A DNA stretch of 62,937 nt, filler included, from Vannella sp. (Eukaryota), in NCBI GenBank assembly GCA_023345925.1. It is 6 parts of 6 records of this genome, joined end to end, with 100 filler letters (N's around TTAATTAATTAA, not from the genome) between each part and the next. Parts side by side here need not be neighbours in the genome. Positions count along the whole stretch, not along the records: positions 28,781 to 40,605 come from JAJQQN010000432.1; positions 40,706 to 55,083 come from JAJQQN010000055.1; 4 more parts are not named here. One strand, written 5' to 3'. Of the stretch, positions 32,791-44,789 are shown piece after piece. The notes beneath the pieces were generated by a model. The model had not been told where the DNA came from, searched no databases, and saw only the letters and a list, made by a program, of their open reading frames with translations. The position numbers and the translations under genes are program-made. The stretch's first letter is position 1. The number at the start of each line of letters is the position of its first letter.

Positions 32791-33768
32791 ATGACAACTG
32801 TGGCGGAGAAGGTGCAGTGGTTGGAGGGTGTTAAGGAGGAGCTGAAGACAGTTCTGGGTGATCTCCGTTTGGAATGTGCGATTGAAGAAGCTGTTCATAG
32901 GAACTTGAAGGAGGAGCAGCGAGAGATGAGGGAGCAGCACGAAGAGCTGTTCTGGCGGAGGATAGAAACGGAGCAAGAGATCAGACGAGTTCTCGCTAAC
33001 TCAGCAGCGAATGAGAAGCACACAAAGGAAGCAGAAGAGGCAAGGATTACTACGGAAAGGCTTACTTCTCTTCTGCAGAAGACAGAGGGGAGGTTGGCCT
33101 CTGCTGCTCGAGAACGAGAGACATTGCAGCAGAAGACTTGCTCCTTGCGCGAAACGGTTACTCAGGCCCACAGATCCTTCAAACAGTCATCTGTTGAAGC
33201 TTCTGGTTTATCAGAATGTCAGAGGATCGGCTTGAGCGCTCTCCATCGCAAGATCCAGTCTCGAACCGATATCCAATCGCTCTTACTCTCCCTTGCCAGA
33301 GATCTAGAGACACTGAGACACAACATTGAGATAGAAAGCAAACAAAGGGAGACTCTGACCACTCAATTACACTACCAAGCGAACATAATTCGTTGTGGAC
33401 TGGAAGTGGCATTGAATGATCGAGAAACCATCGTGGAAGACCTTCATAACGGGCTCAAACAACGAGCCATTACAAGAGATAACCTTCAGCTACTTTCAGC
33501 TCAGACGCAGATCGCACTTCGGAACAACGACAGCTCAAAGATATCTTTATCAGTTCACGACTGCCTGCAGCTTCAAGAGATTGTATCTAGTCTCGATCTA
33601 CAAATTGAAGACATCTACCATTACGATGAAGAAGGTTCCCGGCCAGAAGATACGGATCTCCTTCCCGTTGGTGAAATCAACACCCTTCACGATGGAATGG
33701 TCCTTTTAGAGTCCCACCAAGCTGCTTTGGAAAGCAGAATCAGCTTAGCTTCGAAAGGTCCAGTTTGA
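32791..33768 (+). CDS. Coiled-coil protein of unknown function
   Basis: Long intronless ORF with heptad/EQR-rich composition. Confidence 0.65.
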   Translation: MTTVAEKVQWLEGVKEELKTVLGDLRLECAIEEAVHRNLKEEQREMREQHEELFWRRIETEQEIRRVLANSAANEKHTKEAEEARITTERLTSLLQKTEGRLASAARERETLQQKTCSLRETVTQAHRSFKQSSVEASGLSECQRIGLSALHRKIQSRTDIQSLLLSLARDLETLRHNIEIESKQRETLTTQLHYQANIIRCGLEVALNDRETIVEDLHNGLKQRAITRDNLQLLSAQTQIALRNNDSSKISLSVHDCLQLQEIVSSLDLQIEDIYHYDEEGSRPEDTDLLPVGEINTLHDGMVLLESHQAALESRISLASKGPV

Positions 33769-34076
33769 TTGATGGTGAGGAAAGTCTCCAAAACCAACAT
33801 TGACGGCCAAGTAACTTAACAGAAACCTGTCGCCACTCTTTGTTAGCTCAGAAAAGAGAAAGGATGGCAAGCTTTCTTCAGCTTTCACAAGGAATGATGT
33901 GAAATACAATATTTATCAAGAACATAATATCGCCAAGTTGTCCCCTTCCCAAAAGTGGGAAAAGTCTGATTGGGGTCAATCCTCGAATTTCGAAGCCTCT
34001 CTCCTTCCTCGTGGATTTTTAACCACCATTTGGAAGCATTTGACCGGCTGCTCCTCCGGTAAATGAAAACATCGGG

Positions 34077-34097
34077 AACCTAAACCCTAAAACCTAA
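34077..34097. promoter_or_regulatory. Telo-box-like motif upstream of the RRM gene
   Basis: AACCTAAACCCTAAAACCTAA about 35 nt before ATG 34131. Confidence 0.45.
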
Positions 34098-34130
34098 GCG
34101 GGAAAGACCATCTTCTCCTGGCCTGGCTTG

Positions 34131-36913
34131 ATGGACGAGGAGGGCTTTCAAGTGGTCGTTCAACGCGGGAAGGCAAAAGTGAGCACAGAGAATCAAGTGA
34201 GAGGCGCAAGGAGACAAGACAAGGCTCCTTTGGTACGTTTGGAAGGGAATGGCAGGAGAAACAAGGTGAAAGTTGCTGTTTCTCGAAGAGAAGAGGCGGA
34301 TGTTGCTGTTACTCGAGGTGTCTCGCCTCCCCCACAGTCGCCATTGGATGAGAAGACTCTGAAAGTGAGCAATCTCCCATTGGGACCGATAGAGGAAGCT
34401 TTGCGCCTTCAGATGGAGAGCGCTGGACCGATTCCTGTCGCCCTCCGCTTCGTCGAGTACAAAGGCGACCGCTTAGCGTTTGTGAATTACGAGACCCATG
34501 AGCAGGGTACGTTTGAAAGCCATTGATATAGCGTACGCTGACTTGTGAGCAGCTTCTCAGGCTCTTCAAACCTTGTTGTCGAGTCTGACTCTCGATGGGA
34601 CACTTCTTCGCATCGAGCGGGCTTGGAAATCCCCTCAAAAAGAAGCCAAAGTTGCTAGGAAGCCTGCATCTCATCGCAAGGAAGAGGAGGACAAGGGCCA
34701 GCCCACTCAGAGGAGGCGAAAGCGTCCGATTGTGAAGCAGGAAGCTGCTGAAGGCCCCAGCATGACAACTTTAGCACGAAAGGATGACGAAGTTCAAGTT
34801 CAGAGTAGTTCTCTTCGCCAGAGGGCCAAAGCAGGGCCACAACGGCCTCGTGGGGAGAGAAACTTGACACAATCAGCTGACTTGATCTCGACCGGACCAC
34901 TCAATGGCACAGCAAAAGACGCAGACAAGTCCTCTCGATCCACTGAAGCTCAAAAGGGGAGAGTGGCACTTGAAGCTTCGGAAGAGGGCACATTAAGTAA
35001 GAAGGAGCAACAAAGACTCGAAGCAAAGCAAAAGAAGATGCTTGATGCTCTGGCTGCCGCTCCAGTTCCACTGTTTGAGATCAAAGTAGATTCAGGAGCG
35101 GTCACAATCCCCAGTGCCACTGCCAATGCTCCGATTATCTCCCAAACCGGTGCCAAACGAGCCACCGTTACAGCCAATCAACGGAAGAGACAAAAGAAGA
35201 AGTCTGAGGCGGCTCAGCGTCTCGCAGAGCAGCGAGCCGCTGCTATCAAAGTGCAAAAAAAGAAGGAACGCCAGGAGAAGCTCAAGCAGGACCTAGAAGA
35301 TGCTGAGCGCTGTCTCAGAGCAGAAAAGGAGAGAGAAGCCGCAGAGCTTGCAAGAATTGAGGCTGAGCGACTTGCGTTGGAGAGGAAGATGCGCCTTATT
35401 GATGAACAGATGGCCGTTATCTTTGAGCTTCAGCAGAAGGTGGAAGAAGTTGATTCGCCCAAGGTTGAAGAAACCAAAGCTACAATCGTCAACAAGAGAG
35501 AAAAGAGTCCAAATGTCTTCCTGTTTGGAGAGGGAAAGAAAAAACCCATCCGAAAATCTAAAGCCAAGCCAATTGTGACCACATCAACGCGTCAGGCAGC
35601 GTCTGTTGGATTCGCAATCGTGCACATGCCTTTACATGAACAGGAAAAACTTTTCTCTGCTCGCTTTGAACCAATCATCTTGCCTACTCCCGTCCGCAGC
35701 CTTTCCAAACCAAAGAAGTCTTCTCGTCCTGCCCAAGCAACTTTCAGTTCTACCACTGATAGCGAGAAGGTGAGAGCTTCGAAGCTTGTCACTGCGGAGA
35801 ATCGTGATTTAGTGGAGCTTGATCAAGGAGACCGCTCGACCAAAGAGCCAGAGCAAATGAGTGCAAAGGAAACAGAAGTTACGAATCAAGAAGAACAAAA
35901 GCAAGAAGTCTTTAATCTTCTTCCAACGGTTCACGATGATAAGGAACCAATTGCTCTACAAGAACTCTCAGTAGAGGCGAAATCTGAGGCAAAAGAGAGC
36001 TCAGAAGAGCTGATAACGCAGGAGGAGCACAAGGAGCAGGCAATTTCTGAAAAGGCAGCCGAGGAAGTCCCAATTTTGATCCCAGCTGAAGCATCTTGCA
36101 GTGACTTGGGAAGGACTGTTGAAAAGGGATTTGCAGAAGAGCAACCAAGCGATCAAGCTTCACAAACTATCGAACAGTCTCAACCTAATCCAATCTCCAG
36201 TGAAATAGTCACTGTAGTGGTTCCTGTTGAACCAACCAAGGAAGTAACTCGCAAACATCAGCGACCTATTTTAACTCTCTCTCACGACGACTCCTATGTA
36301 CGGAATCCCATATAAGATACTCCGCTACTCACTCCCAATGTAGCGCATTTTCCCATCAGGAATGAAGACCACAACTTCCCGGCGATTGCCAACCCGCAAA
36401 ATCAATCTCCAACCGATTCCAGCGCAGCATTACGAAAGAATGAAGAGAATCACAGAGGAAGCAGCAGCTGAACAAGAAGAGGAGGAAAGAAAGAAGCGAG
36501 CTTTACGAGGAGTTCAGATGGGAGGTGGACCAAACCTCTTTGGAGGGTTCGATCCATCAAAAATCAAGCTGGGATCAAGATCTGTGCGCGGACCCAGTTC
36601 AGTGAATGCGGGAGCTGAAGAACTGAGATCTAGTCTCCGTGATAGAAGTGCAAGTATCAGCGAAAGTGCACCAAGTGGATTGCCAGAGATTGGAGGTCTT
36701 GCAGCTGTATTGAAAAGCCGCCGAGAGGCCTCTCAAAAGAAAATGGAAGATTCACCAGCCAATGTCACTCCCATCCCTCAGTCTATCTTTCCCGTGAAAC
36801 TCAAGCCCCGAAATGCGACTGTTTCTCGTCCAGTGGTATCAACCCCACTGGTCACAAACGAATTATTCGCAAAGCTGCAGAAGCGCAAAGAAGCATCAGA
36901 AGGATCATCATAG
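34131..36913 (+). CDS. RRM-containing, coiled-coil, low-complexity protein with C-terminal actin-regulator-like motifs; at least 2 introns
   Basis: RRM (TLKVSNLP...LAFVNYETHEQ...LDGTLLRIERA); coiled coil; tail motifs GVQMGGGPNLFGGFDPSKIKL and NELFAKLQKRK; introns at ~34507-34552 and ~36298-36343. Confidence 0.65.
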
Positions 36914-36959
36914 ATGATGGCGGTTATTCCATCTTCAAACTGATAAATTGATGAGGGAT

Positions 36960-39179
36960 CAGATTAGATTAGTGGCATCCTGCGAACACTTCGTTGAGAA
37001 AGGCTTGCACGTAAGTGGCTGAGACAGTGCCAGTCCACCCCTTATCATCAACCCCAAACAAGTAATGCAATCCGTCAGCGGTCGCATCAGGCCTTCCTAG
37101 TGTGATGTGCTGAGAGTGGAGGTGTCGAACTCCAGGAAATTCATTTCTGCCTGAGGATCAAATTCTGTTCTGCTCCCCATTTGCTGAGCACTTACTTTGC
37201 AATTTGGTTGAAAGAAACACTTCGGAATTGAGTCAAGTATTCTGTTCCTGCATGGGCGTTACCAGGAAAGTAAGGATTTCCGTACCAATACAGCTTTGGA
37301 GCTCCTTTCTGGCCCTGTTGCATAACTACATCAGAAGTAAGCTCTTGAAGATCTTGCATCCATTTTTTGAAGACTCGAGACTTTTGATTGAATAGTGCGT
37401 GTGCATTGGCTGCGTTGAATAAGAGGACGTTCGGCCTGTGTTCCTGAAAAAGCACTTCACAGACCATCAACGGCTCTTCTATTATCTTGGATGTGTTCGC
37501 TGCTCTGATATTGAACTGATCTAACATTGTACGAATGTATTCCTTACTCCTCTCCTTTGTAATCGGATCCACTAAGTGCTCTCCATTGCTGATATCGTGC
37601 CAGGCCTCATAAGACACCCTCAAGTCGGTTCCGTCGATGAGCTGATCGGCAAACATAAATTTGCCCGTATCAACAATAGAATTGAATGATTGGATGTAGG
37701 CTGCGAACTCACGAATGAGCGAGTCTGAAGCAAATAAATCTCAAGTCAAAGTTCTTGAATGATGTGCACGCACCTCCTAGCATATGTATCCATCGGATTC
37801 CTTTCTTTTTCGCACACTTTCCGATATCCTTGAGGGAATAGTAGTGATAGTGGCACCGGTAGGGCACCCAAATCCAAGGGTTTTCTGAGAATTCCCTTCG
37901 TAGCAGTGAGTATCGGAATTTCCAGTAGGATCAAGCATACCATGAAGAATTGGTGATGCGTGCTGCTGTCCGGTCTCCAGTGCAAAATGGGGGATAGCAA
38001 GATTCTCCAGCTGCCAGGACTTTGAGCCATCGGCCCTCTTCGAGCATCGAAGTGCATTGGATCTGGTCTTGGACGTTTGGAATCATTAAATCACTTTCCT
38101 TCGCACCCCGCTTTTTGACATTCAAAACCAATGATCGGGAACCACTTATTTCGCTCCGATCTTGATCACAAGGAAAGTTTCTGTGGGCAATGTGAGAGCC
38201 AACAAGAATCGGGATGGGATCTTCAAGAGGCTCTGAGTCAGCATAGAACCAATTCAATATCACAACCAAATTAAAACTGCCAGTATCCTTTCCCTCAAAG
38301 GAAACAGCGTAGCCTTGATGGACCTTGTCATAGTGGAGGGAAACATCCGCATTTTGGATAATCGACTCACTCTCCAGGAAGGCGGCGAAGACAAGATGAC
38401 GGAGCAGATTTGGGTCAAAATTCGCCTTCACTTGCGGGTGGGGAACAATCCATAGTCTCTATTGACTTGTCAAAAGTGACTTCTCAAAGTGACGTACCAT
38501 TTTCTCTCCCCTCATCAGATTATGGCGGAGGCCTTTGAATAGGTAGTCTCCTTTGTCATCTTTGAGGAGGAAGTGGTATGCCAGAGGAAGAGGCTGATGA
38601 AGATGAGCTTTTTCAAGTTAGAACCGATTCTCTTCACTTCCAGAGACCCAAGTCCTCGTACCTTGACACCAAGTACAATGTGGTTGAGATGAAGTGATTC
38701 CTTCAACTTCCAGGAGCTTCTCTTTCACTTCTCCTGCCAAGTTGGCGAACGAAGAAGTAGAAAAGGGGCGCAGAGTACAGCTGGCAGTCCCATCGTCAGG
38801 GAAGAAGACGACCTCGAAGTGGCGAGTCTTCTCATAGGTAGGTATAGCAGGCAGGATCCTTCTGAAGCTCTCCGTAGACTCTGGAATGTTGCAAATCAGC
38901 TCCACGCCAAGTACGCTCATCAGGGCGACCCGTTCTTCGTAGGTCATCTCTCGATCAGCACTGAATGAGGTCACAGAGGAAGTACAGATCTGCAGCTGCT
39001 CAGGCAGAGACACATTCAACGTGATCAACCCACCCAGACCAGAACTCCCCTTCCTTCCTCCCTGAAGGAGTGAGAGAGACAGATAAGAACCATCTGATAG
39101 AAAGTAAACACAAAAAAGCATCCAAAGCACGCTGACCAGCGCCAAAGCAGGCACAAAACGGCGAGAGAAGCGGAGCATG
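36960..39179 (-). CDS. Type II membrane protein, multi-exon, possibly a Golgi glycan-modifying enzyme
   Basis: Signal anchor RFSRRFVPALALVSVLWMLFCVYFLS followed by co-oriented ORFs (38618-39229, 37931-38431, 37192-37656); function and exact ends not established. Confidence 0.45.
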
Positions 39180-39726
39180 AAGTGAGGCGAGCGAATCCAA
39201 TCAGCAGAATGGCACTTTATAGTCCCCACTTGTCATGTACACTCTTACTTGGCCAGCTTGCTTGATAAGAGCTTCATTTACGCTCTTCAGACTCTCTGTT
39301 GAGAGGCGCTGACTTCCCTTTGCAGGAGGACCTACTGAGTTCCTTATCATATGGATGATAATCGCACTCGCTTCTCCTCCGCCAAGAGCCAAAGGGAGAT
39401 CGCAGCAAGGTCTAGTACCATAAACTCCAGTTGAAACTCCCAGCCTTCATGTTTCGTGACAGGAAGGCTGGGGCATTGACCGAATGGGGTTGACAGGTGA
39501 CTTGGCGACAGTCAATCCTTTGGCCACCGACCTCATTCAAGAACCATTTTACAACTTCTAATCACTCACGTAGAAGTTGGCTCATTTCGAGAGGTAGTCA
39601 GTCGAAAAGGGGCGATTCGCTAAGATTGGCCAATTCAAGGAAAAAGAAAAGAAAGGTGAAAGGGAGGACTAAAGAGAGGCTTTGAGGAGACAGCACTCTT
39701 CAAACAAACTCCTTCTGCCTTCTTCT

Positions 39727-40308
39727 ATGCAATCAATCAAGTGTGTCGCTGTTGGGGACGGTGCTGTCGGAAAGACGTGCCTTCTGACCACTTACACAAC
39801 CAACTCCTTCCCCAGTGACTACGCTCCGACGATCTTCATCAACTACGCGCGCGAAGTCATGGTGGATAACAAGGCTGTTCACTTGGGCTTGTGGGACACC
39901 GCAGGACAAGAAGACTACGATCGCATTCGCCCCCTTTCCTATCCCCAGACCGATGTGTTCCTCGCATGCTTCTCCGTGATCTCCCCAACCTCCAGAGATA
40001 ACATCAAGTCCAAGTGGGCTCCAGAGATTCGCCACCACTGCCCCTCTGCCTCCGTGATCCTCGTGGGAACCAAGATCGACTTGCGAGATGACCCCGCCAT
40101 CACCTCCCGTTTGGCCGAGCGTGACCTTCCCATCACTTTTACTGAGGGATTGGAGTGCTCCAAGCAGATCCATGCGAACAAGTACATCGAATGCTCTGCC
40201 TTGACACAACAGGGAATGAAGAATGTGTTTGACGAAGCCATCCGCTCGGTCACTGCTCCTCCATCCTCTAAGCCCTCCAAAAAGAAGGCTCCTTGCTCTC
40301 TCTTATAA
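39727..40308 (+). CDS. Rac/Rho-family small GTPase
   Basis: [44 protein letters not shown], polybasic region + CSLL CAAX box. Intronless. Confidence 0.96.
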   Translation: MQSIKCVAVGDGAVGKTCLLTTYTTNSFPSDYAPTIFINYAREVMVDNKAVHLGLWDTAGQEDYDRIRPLSYPQTDVFLACFSVISPTSRDNIKSKWAPEIRHHCPSASVILVGTKIDLRDDPAITSRLAERDLPITFTEGLECSKQIHANKYIECSALTQQGMKNVFDEAIRSVTAPPSSKPSKKKAPCSLL

Positions 40309-40395
40309 ACATGCAAGCGTTCATACAACAAACGTAGCTCGTACAGAGAGTGGAAGCCAACACCTGCGCGACTGGCAAAAGTGACTTCGAATACC

Positions 40396-40450
40396 GTATT
40401 TGCGTGCTTGCCCTGATGACCTCCATCTCCTCAGGATAAGCTTTTGGACT
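40396..40450. repeat. Dispersed structured repeat / candidate ncRNA, copy 3
   Basis: GTATTTGCGTGCTTGCCCTGATGACCTCCATCTCCTCAGGATAAGCTTTTGGACT, near-identical to 29058-29102. Confidence 0.62.
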
Positions 40451-40605
40451 GATTTTAGTCGGGGTACTTGTTGGGCTCATTGACCATCCCCCCAAACGAG
40501 GGAAAAGTAACCCTCTTAAAAACATATAAAAACATCATTTGGATCGGTGCCAGTCAGGGGTGGTCATAGCTAGGTGATAAGAAGCCGTAAGATAGCAATC
40601 TTATG

Positions 40606-40705
40606 NNNNNNNNNNNNNNNNNNNNNNNNNNNNNNNNNNNNNNNNNNNNTTAATTAATTAANNNNNNNNNNNNNNNNNNNNNNNNNNNNNNNNNNNNNNN
40701 NNNNN
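40606..40705. other. Artificial contig linker
   Basis: N-TTAATTAATTAA-N, 100 nt. Confidence 0.97.
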
Positions 40706-40729
40706 CCTTTTTTTCTCCTCCGAACGACG

Positions 40730-41422
40730 ATGGTCCAGCGTATCACCTACCGCCGAAGACACTGCTACAACACCAAGTCTAACAAGATCAAGGTTGTTAA
40801 GACCCCTGGTGGCAAGTTGGCCGTTCAATACCGAACCAAGAGCGCCAAGGGCCCTAGCTGCGGTGACTGCGGCATCTCCCTTCCCGGTGTAGGTTATTCA
40901 AGCATGATTTCGCGAGGATACTTATTTGGAAGGATAGATCGCCCACCTCCGACCTAAGGAGTACAGCCGTATCCCCAAATCCCAGAAGACTGTTGCCCGT
41001 GCTTATGGTGGCAGCGTCTGTGGAGGCTGCGTCAGACAGCGGTAGGTTCATCTCCATCTCTCTTTGTGAAATGATGAAACTCTATCTTGGATTCCCCTTC
41101 GTAACTATCCTTGACGAATATCCTCATTCTGATCACAAACCTTTTGCTGTATCTTTCTGACCCAACGTACAGAATCCTCCGCGCCTTCCTGGTTGAGGAA
41201 CAGAAGGAAGCCAAGAGCAGTGCTTACGCTGCCGCCCGCGCTGAGGCAAAGGATAAGGCTGGACAAGCTAAGCCTGAGGCAGCCAAGGCTGCTCCCGCCA
41301 AGGCTGCCACAAAGGCTGCCCCCGCAAAGGCTGCTGCCCCAGCTAAGGCCGCCGCTCCCGCAAAGGCTGCTGCCCCAGCCAAGGCCGCCGCTCCCGCCAA
41401 GAAGACTGCCGCCAAGAAGTAG
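40730..41422 (+). CDS. RPL34: 60S ribosomal protein eL34 with Ala/Lys/Pro-repeat C-terminal extension; 2 introns
   Basis: MVQRITYRRRHCYNTKSNKIKVVKTPGGKL...CGDC; second exon KTVARAYGGSVCGGCV; third exon RILRAFLVEEQK followed by (AAAPAK)n. Confidence 0.95.
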
Positions 41423-41520
41423 GACAATTGACACTAATATATCTCTGTGCCATTTTCTTTCATCCTTCTCAAATCGTGACAAATTCAGAGCTCTGGAAGC
41501 CATTATCAGGCGTTTGAGCA

Positions 41521-42530
41521 ATGCTGGAAGGGTGGTGGGACTTCACCCTTTACGAGATAGCCCATGCTGTGTTATCGGCCGAGTACTTGTTGCTGACATT
41601 TGTCGCAAGTTTCGTCTTGTCTCGGATGGCACGTCACCAAACGGTCTACTCGTACAAGGCAGTCTTCTTCGTTCTCATCATCATTGGTGCAGACGGTACG
41701 CGGTCACAGGCAGGGAGAGGATTTCCATCACTGCTAACCAACGGTTTATAGCACGTAGTATGGGATTCCTCACCTTCACGCTACTCTACAGTGGTAAAGT
41801 TACATTAAGCAACTCCTTTGGTTTCTTCATTGCCTTGGTCCCTGCCTTCCTCTTCTTCACAGCGTATATGCTCCTTCTGATACAATGGATTGTGATGCTC
41901 CTCACTATTCGAGCTGTCACAACCAACAAAGGAGACCCTGAGAAGATCAAACAATGGTCAACCATCATCTTTCTTGGTAGGACACTTTTCCACACGTTTA
42001 CTCATCACCCCTTACCCCCAACAGTACTAGCTTGCATACAGTATTCCACTCTGTTGATCCTTTGCTTCTTCTCTTTGGAAATCTTCGGAGTGCAGCCTCC
42101 ATCGACCGTCCCCTTCACAGGGAACATTATAGAGGCGCTCCTGAGTGGCACAATATCAGTGTGTTATACCTTGGTATCCGTTCTCTTCCTTATTTGCGGG
42201 ATTCTACTGATAAGGTATGTCCCTCAGAAAGTGTATTCTGGGACAGCATTAACCAGGAACAGGGAGTTTCGTACCAACTTGCTCATTCAAAGCGACTCTG
42301 GGAATCAGTCTCAGGTACAGAGACGAATGTCTTCGATTGTCATCATCGTCCCTTTAACTTTCCTCATCCGTGTGGTCTTTGTGGCCTTTGACATTGTCGT
42401 TAACCTCTCTGAACTCTGGTGGATGGATTGGTTCTACTTTACAGTATTCGAATGGCTTCCTCTCCTCTTCCTCATAATACTCTCTGTCCGATCGTCAAGT
42501 GACCTTGTCCGACCTCCGAGAGCACTGTAA
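41521..42530 (+). CDS. Multi-pass membrane protein (TOM1/THH1, DUF1084-like 7TM), about 2 introns
   Basis: Several hydrophobic helices; PAFLFFTAYMLLLIQW, FLIRVV and YFTVFEWLP resemble the TOM1/GPR137-like family. Confidence 0.6.
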
Positions 42531-42674
42531 AATCAACAGATAATAGAAGGGCTACCTTCCCAATTGTACTTATAAACATCCTTGTTCTTCATCCAGAGAG
42601 ACGGATGCCAAGATGGGCTGGTGAGGAGGAAAAGATATTTTAACCAACATATCTTCGAAAGCGTAGCGGCGAGG

Positions 42675-43600
42675 ATGATTGGAAGGGTTCATTCCTTTCG
42701 GGAGAGTTACGGAATGGATTCAGATACACTGCAGGAGCTTCGTACTCACGTGAGGAGTGAAATAGCGGAGGCGAAAAGCAATCCGTTGAAGGAGGCGGTC
42801 TTGTTGCTCAGTAAGGGAGAGATTGATTACATCTTTTGGGTGTGCGATCGATTGCAGTGCACTCCTTTAGCGAGCCACGTATCCGTCACTATCTACGCCG
42901 AGGCAGTTCGACAGAGTCGTGTGACCAAGACTTCGGGATGGTGAGTCCAAACCCTTTGTGGGACTGTCTTGACTCCGACCTCCAGCCCCATCAAGTCTCC
43001 TAGTAGGATCCAACAGAAGTGGGCGCTGACCTCTATCATCATTGCTTCGAAGGTGCGAGCCAAAGAGGCGACAATCCGGAAGGTTTCTGATGACGTTCAG
43101 ATGCACAACCCTTACCACCAACTCTCCCTCCAGGACTTGCAACCCTTCCTGAAGCTGTCTGCAAAAGAGCTGATAGAGAGTGAGAAAGTCTTATTGAGGC
43201 TGATTGGCTACTCTGCCAATATGAGAGGAGGGGTGTTGCTAAGGAGCGTCCATTTCGCCCTCACTCACTACGGCGAGAGCTTTCTAGTCCTTGAAGGAGA
43301 CAAAATCCAGCTCAACACCATCGGTACTATGATAGTGGAGCAGGTTCTGGTGGAGAAGAGAGTTTTGGCGCTTCGAACCTCAGAGCTCATTGCTGGGATT
43401 TGCTTGTGCGCCGCCCTGATGTGGAAACAGAACGGCCTGTGTATGTCATCTGCAGACTTAGAGTGGGGTAAGGAAGCTCCTCCCAAAGGACAGCACAATC
43501 TCACCAAGAACCAATTCATCTAGCAAGTCACATCTTTGGTCTAATCCCGATTCTCCCTTCCATGCAAAGAGTGCTGGCCCTCTTTACCCCCCAATTAATA
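42675..43600 (+). CDS. Cyclin-like protein (cyclin N-terminal fold)
   Basis: IDYIFWVCDRLQ..ASHVSVTIY, ALTSIIIASKV, ELIESEKVLLRLIGY fit cyclin-box helices; ends approximate. Confidence 0.65.
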
Positions 43601-43715
43601 ACTCTTCTATAAACTATGCATTTGATGGGACCATTCCTTCTTTGAATAGAAGGAAATGTTCGATGGTGACGTGGCATTCTTATTTGGCCTTCTCTTGGGG
43701 AAGTGGCTGTTCTTC

Positions 43716-44724
43716 ATGCTCCCATTCTCGTTCTTCCCTGTTCAAGTTCCCGTGTCAGCCCCTCCTCAGCCGCGGTACTATTGCCATGAGTGCAGCGCGG
43801 AAGTAGAGACATTTGAGGAGAATGGGGAGCGAGCGTGTGCTCGGTGTCGGGAGACTTTTGTGGAGGAGCTTGAGACTCCCTTAGCACCTCCCCCAGTAGC
43901 TCCACCACACAACATCCCCCCTTTCTTCCAGCACTTCAGCTCACCCAATATCGGACAACCTGGAGGGGTCTCCTGGACAGTCCGAGTCGGCCAGGACTTG
44001 GGAGCAAACGGTGTCAACCCAGCTCAACTGATGATGAATAACCTACTCCAATCTATGGGTGACAGAAGCATGCAGGGCGAGGGGGGCGTCCCCGTTAACA
44101 TTGCACAGTAAGCAACCTCTCTTCACGCCTTTGTGGAGTCACTCACTGGCTGTTAGACTCATGAACATGATGACTATGGGACAAGGTAACTTTGGTAACA
44201 TGGAGACAATGATGAATCGCCTCTTTGAACAACAGTGAGAGCCCACAACACTCTTTCGAACGGATCCGTTCTCATCTTCTGATAGCATCTCCCAGGGACC
44301 TCCTCCAGCCGATGAAGGCGAGGTAGGTAAACTACCTCGTCGGAAGATCACCGAAACAGAGGGTAAGTGATCCAATGGAATCGATCAAGTCGAGGAATGA
44401 CTTTGAGTCTGCTTCAGAAGAGGAGCATGCCGACTGCTCTGTTTGCAAAGAGGATTTCAGTACAGAGGAAGAAGTTATTGAGATGCCCTGCAAGCACCTC
44501 TTCCATCCCGATTGCATTCTACCTTGGCTCAAAACGGTGAGTGACTCTCTTTTGCCCATTCTGGTGACCTGGATTGACAGAAACAGAGAAACACTTGCCC
44601 AACATGTCGATACGAGCTCCCAGTCCAGAAGAACGAGCCACCTGCCCCTGAGAACGCCTCCAATCTACCCCCGGAAGAGGAGGAAAGTGGACCACACCAC
44701 GAGACGGACCATCTTTACATGTAG
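43716..44724 (+). CDS. RNF115/RNF126-like RING-H2 E3 ligase, multi-exon
   Basis: N-terminal [10 protein letters not shown]...[12 protein letters not shown] zinc ribbon; GPPPA; RING-H2 CSVCKEDF...[16 protein letters not shown]...TCPTCRYEL. Start uncertain. Confidence 0.88.
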
Positions 44725-44789
44725 AACAAGCAATCCAATCGCCCCATTAAGAAGGGTATAATGTATAATACAACAAGCAGGCAGTCCTG

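Noticed and set aside
28863..40525. Minus-strand ORFs sharing the peptide ISPKAYPEEMEVIRAS (28863-29192, 40268-40525)
   Set aside because: By-product of the non-coding repeat; flanks are unrelated and the third copy breaks it.
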